A stretch of 64,000 nt of DNA from an uncultured Gammaproteobacteria bacterium (GCA_964430295.1 CAYSEV010000002.1:7024-71023), one strand, 5' to 3'. Numbered from the stretch's first letter, positions 10,559-19,764 are shown. Program-made: numbers and translations. Notes: generated from the letters alone by a model not told the origin.

Positions 10559-12787
10559 ATGAAACGTTTAGACATGTCAGCCATAGGATTATTCATACTT
10601 CTTGCCGGCGTATTTTTTTATAAAACGCTGCTGTTTGGTCTTCTGCCAGTGCCGTCTGACGATTTGGTTGGCTTATATCATCCGTACAGAGACCTCAAAG
10701 CCGCAGAGTATCCAAACGGTATTCCGTATAAAAATTTTCTGATAACCGATCCTATACGTCAGCAGATCCCATGGAGAAAACAGGCGATTGATTCATTCAA
10801 AAAAGGAAAACTTCCGTTGTGGGATACCACATCATTTTCGGGCACACCGCTTTTGGCAAATATACAATCAGGTGCATTGTATCCGTTTAACATTCTGTTT
10901 TTTGTGTTGCCGTTTCAATCAGCATGGACAGTACTCGTCATATCACAAATCCTACTTTCCGGCATATGTATGTACATATTCTTACGTGTGCTTTCTTTGG
11001 ATGCGATGCCGGCACTTTTTGGATCGGTGCTCTTTTCATTTTCAGGAACCTCAATTGCATGGCTGACGTGGGGAACTATTGTGTCTACATGGATGTGGAC
11101 GCCGCTTGCCCTTGCAAGTATCCATTCACTTTTCTTACATGAAAAAAAACAAACGCGCTTATGGATACTCCTTGGCAGTATCGCAATTATCTGTTCATTT
11201 TTTGCGGGGCATTTGCAGATGTTTGTGTACAGCATGCTGACAGTCGGCGCCTATGCAATCTGGCTGTACCTGTCACACGATAAAAAACGGATCCACTCTT
11301 CATTGATCGGTATACTTTTGAGTTCTGTAACGGTTATTTCGTATCAGCTTATTGCCATATTACGATGGCTTCCGCAGACAGCCCGGGCAGTTGGGGGGAG
11401 TGCATGGCATGCTGAAGGCTTTTTTATACCAATTCAGCACTTAGTTCAGTTTGTTGCACCTGATTTTTTTGGAAATCCTGCAACACTTAATTATTGGGGT
11501 ACATGGAATTACGGAGAAATGGTCGGATATATCGGCATAGCTGGACTTCTTTTTGCCCTTATTGGTATATCAAAACGTACAGCATTTTGGGGATTTTTGA
11601 GCGCAGTAGCGCTGCTATTTGCAGTGCAGTCACCGATCAGTGCTCTTCCATACATATTGCATATTCCGTTTGTCTCAAGTCTTCAACCGACACGGCTTTT
11701 GGTAGTAGTAGATCTTGCACTCTGTATCCTTGCTGCGTGTGGTTTTTCTGATGTACTCATAAAAAGTAAAAAACATGTGCTTCCGTTTGTGTTTTTGGGT
11801 GTTGTGCTTGTTGGACTGTGGGGTGTATATGCACTTCATAGTTCACTTGGTATATCGCTTGAAAATGCGTTTGTGATAAAGCGAAATTTATATATGCCAA
11901 TGCTTTTATTTGGGCTAGCTATCGCTTTTTCGATACTGCTTAGGTTTATAAAAAAACATGAACTGCGAATGGCAGTGGGCCTTCTGATTATTGGTGTTGT
12001 TGTCGTAGATTTGTTTAGATTTGGATGGAAATTCACACCCTTTACTGATCAGGCATTATTTTTCCCACGCACAAAAGTTATATCCTATCTGGAAAGTGCG
12101 CCAAAACCATTTCGCATCATGACGTTGGATGACCGAATTCTTCCTCCGAACACAAATACATATTACGGCATCGAATCTGTAAACGGATATGATCCGATCC
12201 ATTCGCTTCGATATGATCAGTTTATAGCGGCAATGGAACGGGGAGAAGCAAATATTGCGCCTCCATATGGGTACGAGCGCATTATGGTTCCAAAAAATAC
12301 GAACTCTCCGTTATTTAACTTGTTAGGTGTACGGTATTTATTGTCATTCAACGAGCTTACAGATCCACGATTTAAAAAGGTACTGACAGAAGGGCAGACA
12401 CATGTGTATGAAAATACTGCAGTTCTCCCACGGGCGTATTTAGTGAGTCGCGTAATTCATAAACAAACGGATCAGGAAATTATAAATACGCTGTACAGTA
12501 AAGATTTTGATTACCGTTTTGATGCTGTAGTCGAACAGCCTGTGGATGTATTAAATACAGAACTTCAACCGGGAGAGTCTGCAACCATAACTCACTACGA
12601 TGCAAACAGCATGACCATCCAGGTCAAAACCACTCAACCAAGGCTCTTAGTCATCGGCAACATGTACAACCCTAACTGGAAGGCTATGATTAATTCGAAC
12701 TCTAAACCTTTAATTAGGGTGAATTATATCTTCTGCGGGTTATTAGTCGAGGAAGGTGATTCCAAAATATTGTTCACATATCATTAA
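10559..12787 (+). CDS. YfhO family polytopic membrane glycosyltransferase (subfamily B paralog)
   Basis: 742 aa. PIRQQIPWRKQAIDSFKKGKLPLWDTTSFSGTPLLANIQSGALYPF motif and C-terminal GNMYNPNWKAMINSN domain. Confidence 0.7.
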   Translation: MKRLDMSAIGLFILLAGVFFYKTLLFGLLPVPSDDLVGLYHPYRDLKAAEYPNGIPYKNFLITDPIRQQIPWRKQAIDSFKKGKLPLWDTTSFSGTPLLANIQSGALYPFNILFFVLPFQSAWTVLVISQILLSGICMYIFLRVLSLDAMPALFGSVLFSFSGTSIAWLTWGTIVSTWMWTPLALASIHSLFLHEKKQTRLWILLGSIAIICSFFAGHLQMFVYSMLTVGAYAIWLYLSHDKKRIHSSLIGILLSSVTVISYQLIAILRWLPQTARAVGGSAWHAEGFFIPIQHLVQFVAPDFFGNPATLNYWGTWNYGEMVGYIGIAGLLFALIGISKRTAFWGFLSAVALLFAVQSPISALPYILHIPFVSSLQPTRLLVVVDLALCILAACGFSDVLIKSKKHVLPFVFLGVVLVGLWGVYALHSSLGISLENAFVIKRNLYMPMLLFGLAIAFSILLRFIKKHELRMAVGLLIIGVVVVDLFRFGWKFTPFTDQALFFPRTKVISYLESAPKPFRIMTLDDRILPPNTNTYYGIESVNGYDPIHSLRYDQFIAAMERGEANIAPPYGYERIMVPKNTNSPLFNLLGVRYLLSFNELTDPRFKKVLTEGQTHVYENTAVLPRAYLVSRVIHKQTDQEIINTLYSKDFDYRFDAVVEQPVDVLNTELQPGESATITHYDANSMTIQVKTTQPRLLVIGNMYNPNWKAMINSNSKPLIRVNYIFCGLLVEEGDSKILFTYH

Positions 12788-12869
12788 TTTAATGTAATAA
12801 ACTATTTATAAGTGCGTCAGTTAATTGATATAGAAAATTTTGTTGCATTATTGATATATAATTAAATAT

Positions 12870-14474
12870 ATGGCCATAGCTCACCCCCAAACAAAAACGT
12901 TAAGTGAGTTGATTTCTAAAAAAAGATATGTCGTTCCTACATATCAGCGACCATATGCGTGGGAGTTAGATCAAGCATCGGAGCTATGGGAAGATATTAG
13001 AAATAATACTCCCTCATATTTTCTTGGCATATTAATATTGAGGCAAAAAAAAGATAGTGAATATGAAATAGTTGATGGGCAACAAAGATTAGCAACACTT
13101 ATATTATTATTACGAGCTGTTGTTGAAGTTTTTGGAGAGGGATCACAAGAAGGAATCGAGATACAAAATGGATATATCCATCAAAAAGGGCCACTTGAAA
13201 AAAATGCAGAGTTCACGCTGACATTAAGCAAAAGAGATAAGTTAAAATTCGAGGCGTTACTTACAGGCGGCGACTATATAGCTAAAAGGAAGTATGCGTC
13301 ATGGCAAAGATTGGAAAAAGTAAAAAAATTTTTTGTATCTAAACTTGAAGAATTAAAAAACACTGAGGGGGTTTCTGGCATAACTACATTTATATTAGAT
13401 CGGGTAATGAAATTAAATTTTATAGATGTTCAAGTTGAAAATGACAGCGATGTCTATTTGTTTTTTGAAACATTAAATGATCGTGGAATGGACTTATCGA
13501 TAGCAGATTTATTAAAAAATCGTATTTGCGCTTTATCATCTAATCCTATATTTCCTCCTGACGACGATGCAAAAAGAGTAGACGATATTACTGAACTATT
13601 AGGTGAAGGCTCAATTAAAAGCTTCTTGCTTCACTATTGTTGGGCATATTCAGATGAAAAAAATCCACCTCCCCGAAAAGCTCTTATGGATTGGTTTAAT
13701 AAAGTTATCAACATACAAAAGAATAGTTTTCTATCGAAATTAGAAGAAAATGCGCTAGCTTACTCATATTTAATTAAGCCAGACCAATTAAGAGGAAAAG
13801 AAAAAGAAGTGCTTGTAAATCTGAAAGTATTAGGTGCAACTAGATGCTATCCACTCTTACTGATAGGAAAACATATTCTGTCAGAATCCGATTTCATAAA
13901 ATTATGTAGAGCAGTTGAAATTCTAACCTTTAGACATAGTACAGTATGTAAAAAAGACTCAAAAATTCTAGAGTCTGTTTACTATGATCTTGCTAAGGAT
14001 CTTAAAAAAGGTGTTTCAATCGATAAAATTCTTGGAATATTAAATATACAAAGTAAGAAAATATCTGATGAAACTTTTTTAGCTTTATTTAATGAATATA
14101 TACCAGAGAATCATAAGGTAGCAAAATATGTATTATTGAAAATAGAAGATTCGTATAACGATGGTAAATCAACTCCCCCAGATAGAGAAAAAGCAACGTT
14201 GGAGCATATTTTAGCCCAAAAACTAGATTGGATAGATAAAGATGAATATGTCGAAAGATTAGGAAATCTGACTTTATTATCTGAGCCATTAAATAGAGAA
14301 GCTGGCATGAAAGAATTTATATACAAAAGGGATTACTACACAAAAGAAATTGGAATTCAAATAACATTAGAATTATTAAAATATTCTGATTTCACGGTAG
14401 AAACAATCAAAGAAAGGCAAAGTCTATTTGCAAAACATGCGATTAAAATTTGGAATCCAGATATTCTAAAATAA
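12870..14474 (+). CDS. GmrSD-family type IV (modification-dependent) restriction endonuclease, single chain DUF262 + DUF1524
   Basis: N-terminal DUF262 signatures YVVPTYQRPYAWE and VDGQQRLATL. C-terminal DUF1524 His-Me finger signatures ATLEHILAQK and LGNLTLLSEPLNREAG. The gene looks markedly more AT-rich than its neighbours by eye, with non-coding DNA on both sides. Confidence 0.75.
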   Translation: MAIAHPQTKTLSELISKKRYVVPTYQRPYAWELDQASELWEDIRNNTPSYFLGILILRQKKDSEYEIVDGQQRLATLILLLRAVVEVFGEGSQEGIEIQNGYIHQKGPLEKNAEFTLTLSKRDKLKFEALLTGGDYIAKRKYASWQRLEKVKKFFVSKLEELKNTEGVSGITTFILDRVMKLNFIDVQVENDSDVYLFFETLNDRGMDLSIADLLKNRICALSSNPIFPPDDDAKRVDDITELLGEGSIKSFLLHYCWAYSDEKNPPPRKALMDWFNKVINIQKNSFLSKLEENALAYSYLIKPDQLRGKEKEVLVNLKVLGATRCYPLLLIGKHILSESDFIKLCRAVEILTFRHSTVCKKDSKILESVYYDLAKDLKKGVSIDKILGILNIQSKKISDETFLALFNEYIPENHKVAKYVLLKIEDSYNDGKSTPPDREKATLEHILAQKLDWIDKDEYVERLGNLTLLSEPLNREAGMKEFIYKRDYYTKEIGIQITLELLKYSDFTVETIKERQSLFAKHAIKIWNPDILK

Positions 14475-14520
14475 AAATGCAAATTTAAATTCCTAAGGAA
14501 ATTTATTTGCCAGTAATAAG

Positions 14521-14612
14521 AGAATTAGAGTTTATAGGGCAATTCCTTTTTGAGTTTATACATGTGGTAGAAATACATGTATGATTTTGGATCGCCGTTG
14601 GTGTGTCTAAAA
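14521..14612. repeat. Copy 1 of a ~90 bp direct repeat; duplicated fragment of the 3' end of the minus-strand gene 15764..17089
   Basis: ctttttgagtttatacatgtggtagaaatacatgtatgattttggatcgccgttggtg matches 15783-15848 with roughly 85-90% identity by eye. Read on the minus strand it encodes ...PKSYMYFYHMYKLKK-like residues. Confidence 0.6.
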
Positions 14613-14624
14613 AGCAGTTGCCAT

Positions 14625-14656
14625 TATCAGCATCCAGTGCTGATATGTCTTTTTTT
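14625..14656 (+). terminator. Putative intrinsic terminator (8-bp stem TATCAGCA/TGCTGATA, 5-nt loop, then TGTC and a T7 run)
   Basis: Hairpin followed by tttttttg, about 150 nt downstream of the GmrSD-like gene. The stem is AT-rich, so predicted stability is modest. Confidence 0.35.
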
Positions 14657-14820
14657 GCAAATATTCTTTTTTATCTCAAGGCGCTTTATTAGAGCCTATA
14701 GTATAGACAATTAGGCATTTTTACTGTATAATTCTTGCACCAAATATTATGAAGTCCCATTAGCGGGGTTAACATTATATTTGTATAAAATAGCACGTTA
14801 AAATTGCGGAATTATTTAGT

Positions 14821-14856
14821 CAGCCTGTGAGAGCATGTTAGTGCTTTGACAGGCTG
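14821..14856. promoter_or_regulatory. 8-bp inverted repeat (CAGCCTGT n20 ACAGGCTG) overlapping a TTGACA -35-like hexamer about 50 nt upstream of the lipoprotein gene
   Basis: Seen directly in the sequence. No convincing TATAAT at the right spacing, so it could be an operator or a structural element. Confidence 0.2.
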
Positions 14857-14907
14857 GCTTAATTCACATTGGCGATTTGTTCAGAAAATTAAAAAACGGA
14901 GTAAATA

Positions 14908-15624
14908 ATGAAAATGCCCAAGATTGTTTATGTATTGATAGCACTTTCTGTTCTCATAGCAGGATGCGGTCCGGCAGCCGCCCCTGAAATGAAGCCTATC
15001 AAGATGCTCGATAATGAATTCGCGACTGGAGCTGTAACATTCCAACATACTCTCCAGACACCCGACGGCGATGTCATCATTGAAACAAGCTATTCGACGG
15101 AGTATGACACGTCACAATGGCACATCACCACCCCGAAGTCGTTGGATATCAAGGCAAAGGTCATAAGCGCGCCTGTTGGGAAAACCATCTATATTGAGAA
15201 CATGCACGCAGATGTTTCACTAATCTGTGAGTATGAAACTTTAAATGGATGGAAGACTGATACGATGGATGACCACCTCCACACTGGGACCGCTCCTGGT
15301 TTTTTGATCACCAAGGATTATCAGTATGAAGAGTCATTCGCGATTGAAGGATTTTCTCAGACTCTTTTAGATGGGTGGGCATACTATAATCATGCAATCG
15401 GTATTGGTTCAGCAACAGTTGAGGAGAAGCCTCTGACTGAATCTAATCTGATTAACGAATTGCATGCAAAGGGGCAGCGATTGACCTTCGTGTACGATAT
15501 TTTGGTTCAAAACACAGGAGATGCCGCTCCTCACAAACACGTATTCTCTGATGAGTTCGGTGTTCCCGTTACCACGGTCGGGGTTAATCCTCCAAACTCA
15601 ACACCCACTGCAGAACCGCAGTAA
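14908..15624 (+). CDS. Lipoprotein of unknown function (type II signal peptide, lipobox LIAGC)
   Basis: MKMPKIVYVLIALSVLIAGCGPAAAPE... Good GGAG Shine-Dalgarno 7 nt upstream. GC content visibly higher (roughly high 40s %) than the surrounding locus. No recognisable family motif. Confidence 0.6.
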   Translation: MKMPKIVYVLIALSVLIAGCGPAAAPEMKPIKMLDNEFATGAVTFQHTLQTPDGDVIIETSYSTEYDTSQWHITTPKSLDIKAKVISAPVGKTIYIENMHADVSLICEYETLNGWKTDTMDDHLHTGTAPGFLITKDYQYEESFAIEGFSQTLLDGWAYYNHAIGIGSATVEEKPLTESNLINELHAKGQRLTFVYDILVQNTGDAAPHKHVFSDEFGVPVTTVGVNPPNSTPTAEPQ

Positions 15625-15756
15625 AGACTACTTACATGCCAATGTGAATATTTCCCGCGGTTTTTTGTTCGTGCAAACGCACTCTCCGACCAGTAGAATG
15701 GTTATCTTTTAAAAGATGTAACGTGAGGGTGTTTTTGCTATTTGCAAGATTAAATA

Positions 15757-15848
15757 GTCTACCTTAGAGCTTATATGGTAAAGGCTTTTTGAGTTTATAC
15801 ATGTGGTAGAAGTACATGTATGATTTGGGGTCGCCATCGGCGAAGTTT
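15757..15848. repeat. Copy 2 of the ~90 bp direct repeat (the native 3' end of gene 15764..17089)
   Basis: See copy 1. This copy is in frame as the C-terminus ...GDPKSYMYFYHMYKLKKPLPYKL* of the minus-strand gene. Confidence 0.6.
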
Positions 15849-17089
15849 ATGTAGCGGCCAGCCTCTGCTTCCTGCTGTGCAAATATAAAATTCTTTTTGA
15901 ATTCCTGCTTATTATCGCTTCCCATAAACTGATAGTAATTTGCTACTGCAAAATATCCCCAAAACACGAGTAAACCGAGTCTGATAAGTGTATTTTTTCG
16001 CATCCACAGTTCGTTACTAAACCACGCAAGAATCATGATGGCTACATAGAGTGTAGATGAAAAATAATAATCAGTCAGTTCACCCTTATATGTGGAAAAT
16101 ACAAACCATGGGATTACAAACCACAGCGCGGTTACGAAGCATAGAAGCATTGTCTTTTTGCTTTTATCCTTACGAATGAGTGCTAAGAAAAATACAGGAA
16201 CATAGAAAAACATTGCCAGTTTCAGTTTCTCATATGGCACCTGCATAATTGACTGAAATTTTATAAATGCATCAGGTGCCAGTTGGAGAACTCTTCGTAT
16301 GTGAAATCCGTGATAATAGGTGGCAAAATATCCTGAGTAATTATTGACACTTTTTGCATGAGCAGCTTGTGAATAATAGACAATCTGCGGGACGAAAAAC
16401 AGGAAAAATATCACAAGTGAAATACCATAATATTTTAGGTGTTCTTTATCCCATTTTAAAAACGGAGATGTACACAGGACTATCATCGGGTAAAAAATCG
16501 CAGTGAAGTGAATATGAAAAAATAATCCCATGACAACTGCCAGATATATACTGTATTTTGGGTGATCGGTCAGAAGTTTATAGAGATAATAGAGAATCAA
16601 CACAGAAAACGCAGGTAGTAAATTAACAGGCCACTGTGAGCGCTCAGCACCTGTAATATATGCACAAAACGTATAAATCGCCGTGGCCCATACTCCGACC
16701 CATGGTGAAAAAAGTTTTTTCGTAACTGTATAAATAATCCCAAAGCTAAACAACGATGTGACGGCAGCAAGAATAGGTGCTGCTATCGGGTTCAAGTCTG
16801 TGATCTTATACACGATGGCAACCAGGTAATAATACAGAGGCCCTATATACATACCGCTATTTTGTTTGGCAACCATACCGACAAGCGGGTATTTATGTCC
16901 TATCAATATTTTTGCGGCAGCCCAGGCATTATCCACCTGGTCCCAGTTAAAAGATGCCCACTTTTCCAGGTTATAGAATCGGAAAAAGAGGTGTGCTAAA
17001 AAAATAAGCCCAAGAACTATCAGGTGCGCATATGAAGAGCGCTTCGGTATGTCGGGTTTTTCTATACTCTGTTTTCGTTTTCCTGCCAT
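15764..17089 (-). CDS. Polytopic membrane protein, GT-C (PMT_2/ArnT-like) glycosyltransferase
   Basis: 441 aa, about 11 TM helices. N-terminal cytoplasmic stub, then FRFYNLEKWASFNWDQVDNAWAAAKILIGHKYPLVGMVAKQNSGMYIGPLYYYL, reminiscent of GT39/GT83 first-loop region. Confidence 0.55.
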   Translation of the reverse strand: MAGKRKQSIEKPDIPKRSSYAHLIVLGLIFLAHLFFRFYNLEKWASFNWDQVDNAWAAAKILIGHKYPLVGMVAKQNSGMYIGPLYYYLVAIVYKITDLNPIAAPILAAVTSLFSFGIIYTVTKKLFSPWVGVWATAIYTFCAYITGAERSQWPVNLLPAFSVLILYYLYKLLTDHPKYSIYLAVVMGLFFHIHFTAIFYPMIVLCTSPFLKWDKEHLKYYGISLVIFFLFFVPQIVYYSQAAHAKSVNNYSGYFATYYHGFHIRRVLQLAPDAFIKFQSIMQVPYEKLKLAMFFYVPVFFLALIRKDKSKKTMLLCFVTALWFVIPWFVFSTYKGELTDYYFSSTLYVAIMILAWFSNELWMRKNTLIRLGLLVFWGYFAVANYYQFMGSDNKQEFKKNFIFAQQEAEAGRYINFADGDPKSYMYFYHMYKLKKPLPYKL

Positions 17090-17138
17090 ATGTGTATTTT
17101 ACTTTATTTTCATAGGTATTACATGAGATAATAGGTAC

Positions 17139-18065
17139 ATGAAGAAAACAAACTCCACTCTCACAGTCTCCATCGTCATCCCAAACTGGAACGGTGTATA
17201 CCTCATGGAAAAACATCTCCAGAAAGTTATAGATAACGCACCCGGTGCCGAGATCGTGGTCGCAGATGATATGTCTTCCGACGGGTCAGTCACCTATCTC
17301 AAAAAGAATTTTCCAAAGGTTGTTGTGGTAGAAAGAAACAAACGTGAAGGCTTTGCCGCAAATGTTAACGCGGGCGTTGCAAAAGCGACAGGGGATATCG
17401 TCATACTTCTGAACACCGATGTAGAACCGGAAAAGGGATTTTTAAAACCGCTCTTATCTCATTTTGAACATCCGGACATGTTTGCTGTCGGTTGTCTGGA
17501 AAAAAGCCCGGAGGCAAATGGGGTTGTTCTTCGTGGACGCGGGTTAGCCCGTTGGACCAAAGGATATTTTATACATAGCAAAGGTGAAGTAGATGAGGGT
17601 ACTACAACCGCATGGGTATCCGGTGGCAGCGGCGCGTTCAGAAGGTCTATGTGGGTAAAACTGGGAGGTATGGATGTCCTTTATAATCCATTTTATTGGG
17701 AAGATATTGATCTGTCATATCGTGCACGTAAAGCGGGATGGAATATCGTGTTTGAACCAAAAAGTGTAGTGAACCATTATCATGAGGAAGGTAAAATTAA
17801 ACGCGAATTTACCCCCACAGATGTTAAACGCATTGTATACCGTAACCAGTTTGTATTTATCTGGAAAAATGTGTCAAATGTATCTATTCTTCTGTCACAT
17901 ATATTTTGGACACCAATTCGGTTAGTGCAAGCCACAGTATCGGGAGACATGCTTATGGTTCAGGGATATATCCGTGCAATTGGTATGCTTCCACGTATAT
18001 GGGTAGCACGGAGTAATCAGTCGAAGTTATGGAAAAAGGACGATGCCAGCTTAGGTGTGGAGTAA
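17139..18065 (+). CDS. GT2 glycosyltransferase
   Basis: VSIVIPNWNGVYLMEKHLQKVIDNAPGAEIVVADDMSSDGS...ILLNTDVE GT-A signatures. Confidence 0.7.
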   Translation: MKKTNSTLTVSIVIPNWNGVYLMEKHLQKVIDNAPGAEIVVADDMSSDGSVTYLKKNFPKVVVVERNKREGFAANVNAGVAKATGDIVILLNTDVEPEKGFLKPLLSHFEHPDMFAVGCLEKSPEANGVVLRGRGLARWTKGYFIHSKGEVDEGTTTAWVSGGSGAFRRSMWVKLGGMDVLYNPFYWEDIDLSYRARKAGWNIVFEPKSVVNHYHEEGKIKREFTPTDVKRIVYRNQFVFIWKNVSNVSILLSHIFWTPIRLVQATVSGDMLMVQGYIRAIGMLPRIWVARSNQSKLWKKDDASLGVE

Positions 18066-18069
18066 TGCT

Positions 18070-19743
18070 ATGAATAGGCAAATCAGATATTCATTTATGC
18101 GGTTTATAAAATCGCATGCGCTTCTTTTGTGTATTCTTGCTATTGGTATTTTTTTACGGGTCTATCACTTTAATCAAAATCCTCCTTCCTTAAATTGGGA
18201 TGAAGTATCAATCGGGTATAACGCATATTCCATCCTCAAAACAGGCAAAGACGAATTTGGCACTGTTATGCCACTCTATTTTCGTTCACTCGATGATTAT
18301 AAAATGCCGGTCTATGTGTATATGACAGCCGTCTCCATAAAAATTTTTGGATATAATAATACTGCAATCCGTTTACCGTCACTTCTATTTGGTATTCTTG
18401 CTATATATCTACTCTATATACTTGCAATGGAGCTTTCCCGAAAAAAAGACATTGCACTTACCGCCAGCTTTGTCATTGCGATCACGCCATGGAATGTTAT
18501 GTTTTCCCGTATGGCATCAGAAGCAAATGTTGCGCTGTCTCTCACGCTACTCGCGATAATCGTATTCTTACGAGGTCTAAGAAAAGATATAGCGTTGTTA
18601 TCCATATCTGTCCTTGTATTTGGTATCGCATCCTATACCTATTTGAGCTTTCGTGCAGTTGCACCTCTGATCGGGGCATCCCTCTTTCTTATTCACATAA
18701 AGGAAATCTTGAAATCAAGACAAACCCTGTTGTATATCCTGCTGCCGGGCATACTTGTCGGAGGTTTTCTTGTCAGAGACCTTATGTCCTCAACCGCTGC
18801 GATCAGATTCTCCGGAACTAATTTTTTATCCCATTCCAGTGAACTTCTTGAGATAAACGAAAAAGAAATGGCATATGATGGAACTCTTGGTATAAACATA
18901 CCACGACGTATTATTCATGACTCTCCAATATTTTCCGGGTTTCAGATTATTGCACGGGCATATCTTTCTCATTTTTCTGCAGACTTTCTTTTATATGGCA
19001 CAGGACACAAACAGGAAAGTTCAATATTTAGCGGGCTTATATATCTGTGGATGCTTCCATGCATGCTTTTGGGACTGTATATCCTCTTTGTTACACAAAG
19101 GAAGACAACAATAGCCGCAATTCTCTTATGGATTCTTATACCACCACTTCCCGCATCTATCACTTGGGATGCTCCGCATGCTATCCGCACATTGGGACTT
19201 TCTGTAGGACTCATCTTTCTTACCGCATTTGGATTATCAGGAATACTCACGTATATAACGAAACAAGCCGGCATACTGCAAAAAACAGGATTGTATATAC
19301 TGGTGAGTCTTCTGATTGGTTTTGAAGGATTTGTTTTTTTCCATCAGTACATGATTCATGTTCCACATGAGAGGTCAGCTCATTGGCAGTATTCATATAA
19401 AGAAATGTCAGAATATCTGGAATCTGTCAAAGACAGCTACGATAAAATTATTGTCTCAACCAAACTTGAATGGCCATATGCATTTATGTTGTATTATTCA
19501 CAATATGATCCAGCAACATATCTTGCACAAGGTGGGACCAGGTCCGGGAGCTGGAGTTCAGAGATAAACAAGTATGACAAATTCGAATTTCGCCGCATAG
19601 ACCAACAAAAAGATTTTGCCACACCAAATATCCTCATGGTTGGGGATCCGGATGATTTTTCCAATAGAAAAGATTTTATACGTTCTTTCCACTATCTGGA
19701 TGGCAAAACGTCTATTGTTGTTTTTGAATCCTCGAGAAAATAG
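18070..19743 (+). CDS. GT39 (PMT_2, ArnT/Pmt-like) polyprenol-phosphate-sugar dependent membrane glycosyltransferase
   Basis: FLRVYHFNQNPPSLNWDEVSIGYNAYSILKTGKDEFG first-loop motif (DE catalytic pair), 562 aa polytopic. The ORF-track start at 18055 is GTG inside the upstream gene; the ATG at 18070 lies 4 nt after the upstream stop. Confidence 0.75.
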   Translation: MNRQIRYSFMRFIKSHALLLCILAIGIFLRVYHFNQNPPSLNWDEVSIGYNAYSILKTGKDEFGTVMPLYFRSLDDYKMPVYVYMTAVSIKIFGYNNTAIRLPSLLFGILAIYLLYILAMELSRKKDIALTASFVIAITPWNVMFSRMASEANVALSLTLLAIIVFLRGLRKDIALLSISVLVFGIASYTYLSFRAVAPLIGASLFLIHIKEILKSRQTLLYILLPGILVGGFLVRDLMSSTAAIRFSGTNFLSHSSELLEINEKEMAYDGTLGINIPRRIIHDSPIFSGFQIIARAYLSHFSADFLLYGTGHKQESSIFSGLIYLWMLPCMLLGLYILFVTQRKTTIAAILLWILIPPLPASITWDAPHAIRTLGLSVGLIFLTAFGLSGILTYITKQAGILQKTGLYILVSLLIGFEGFVFFHQYMIHVPHERSAHWQYSYKEMSEYLESVKDSYDKIIVSTKLEWPYAFMLYYSQYDPATYLAQGGTRSGSWSSEINKYDKFEFRRIDQQKDFATPNILMVGDPDDFSNRKDFIRSFHYLDGKTSIVVFESSRK

Positions 19744-19764
19744 ATCGTATAAATGTGATATGTC

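Noticed and set aside
14475-14907. A possible tRNA, small RNA or CRISPR array in the longest intergenic region
   Set aside because: No tRNA-like acceptor or T-arm (GTTCRANYC) and no regularly spaced direct repeats. The content is explained by a gene-fragment repeat, a terminator-like hairpin and a promoter/leader.
18170-18260. About 80% nucleotide identity between the GT39 paralogs at 18170-18260 and 27432-27520 (a possible gene-conversion tract)
   Set aside because: The stretch encodes the most conserved protein motif (NPPSL.WDEVSIGYNAYSILKTGKDE). Strong amino-acid constraint plus shared AT-biased codon usage explains the similarity, and the flanking sequence diverges immediately.
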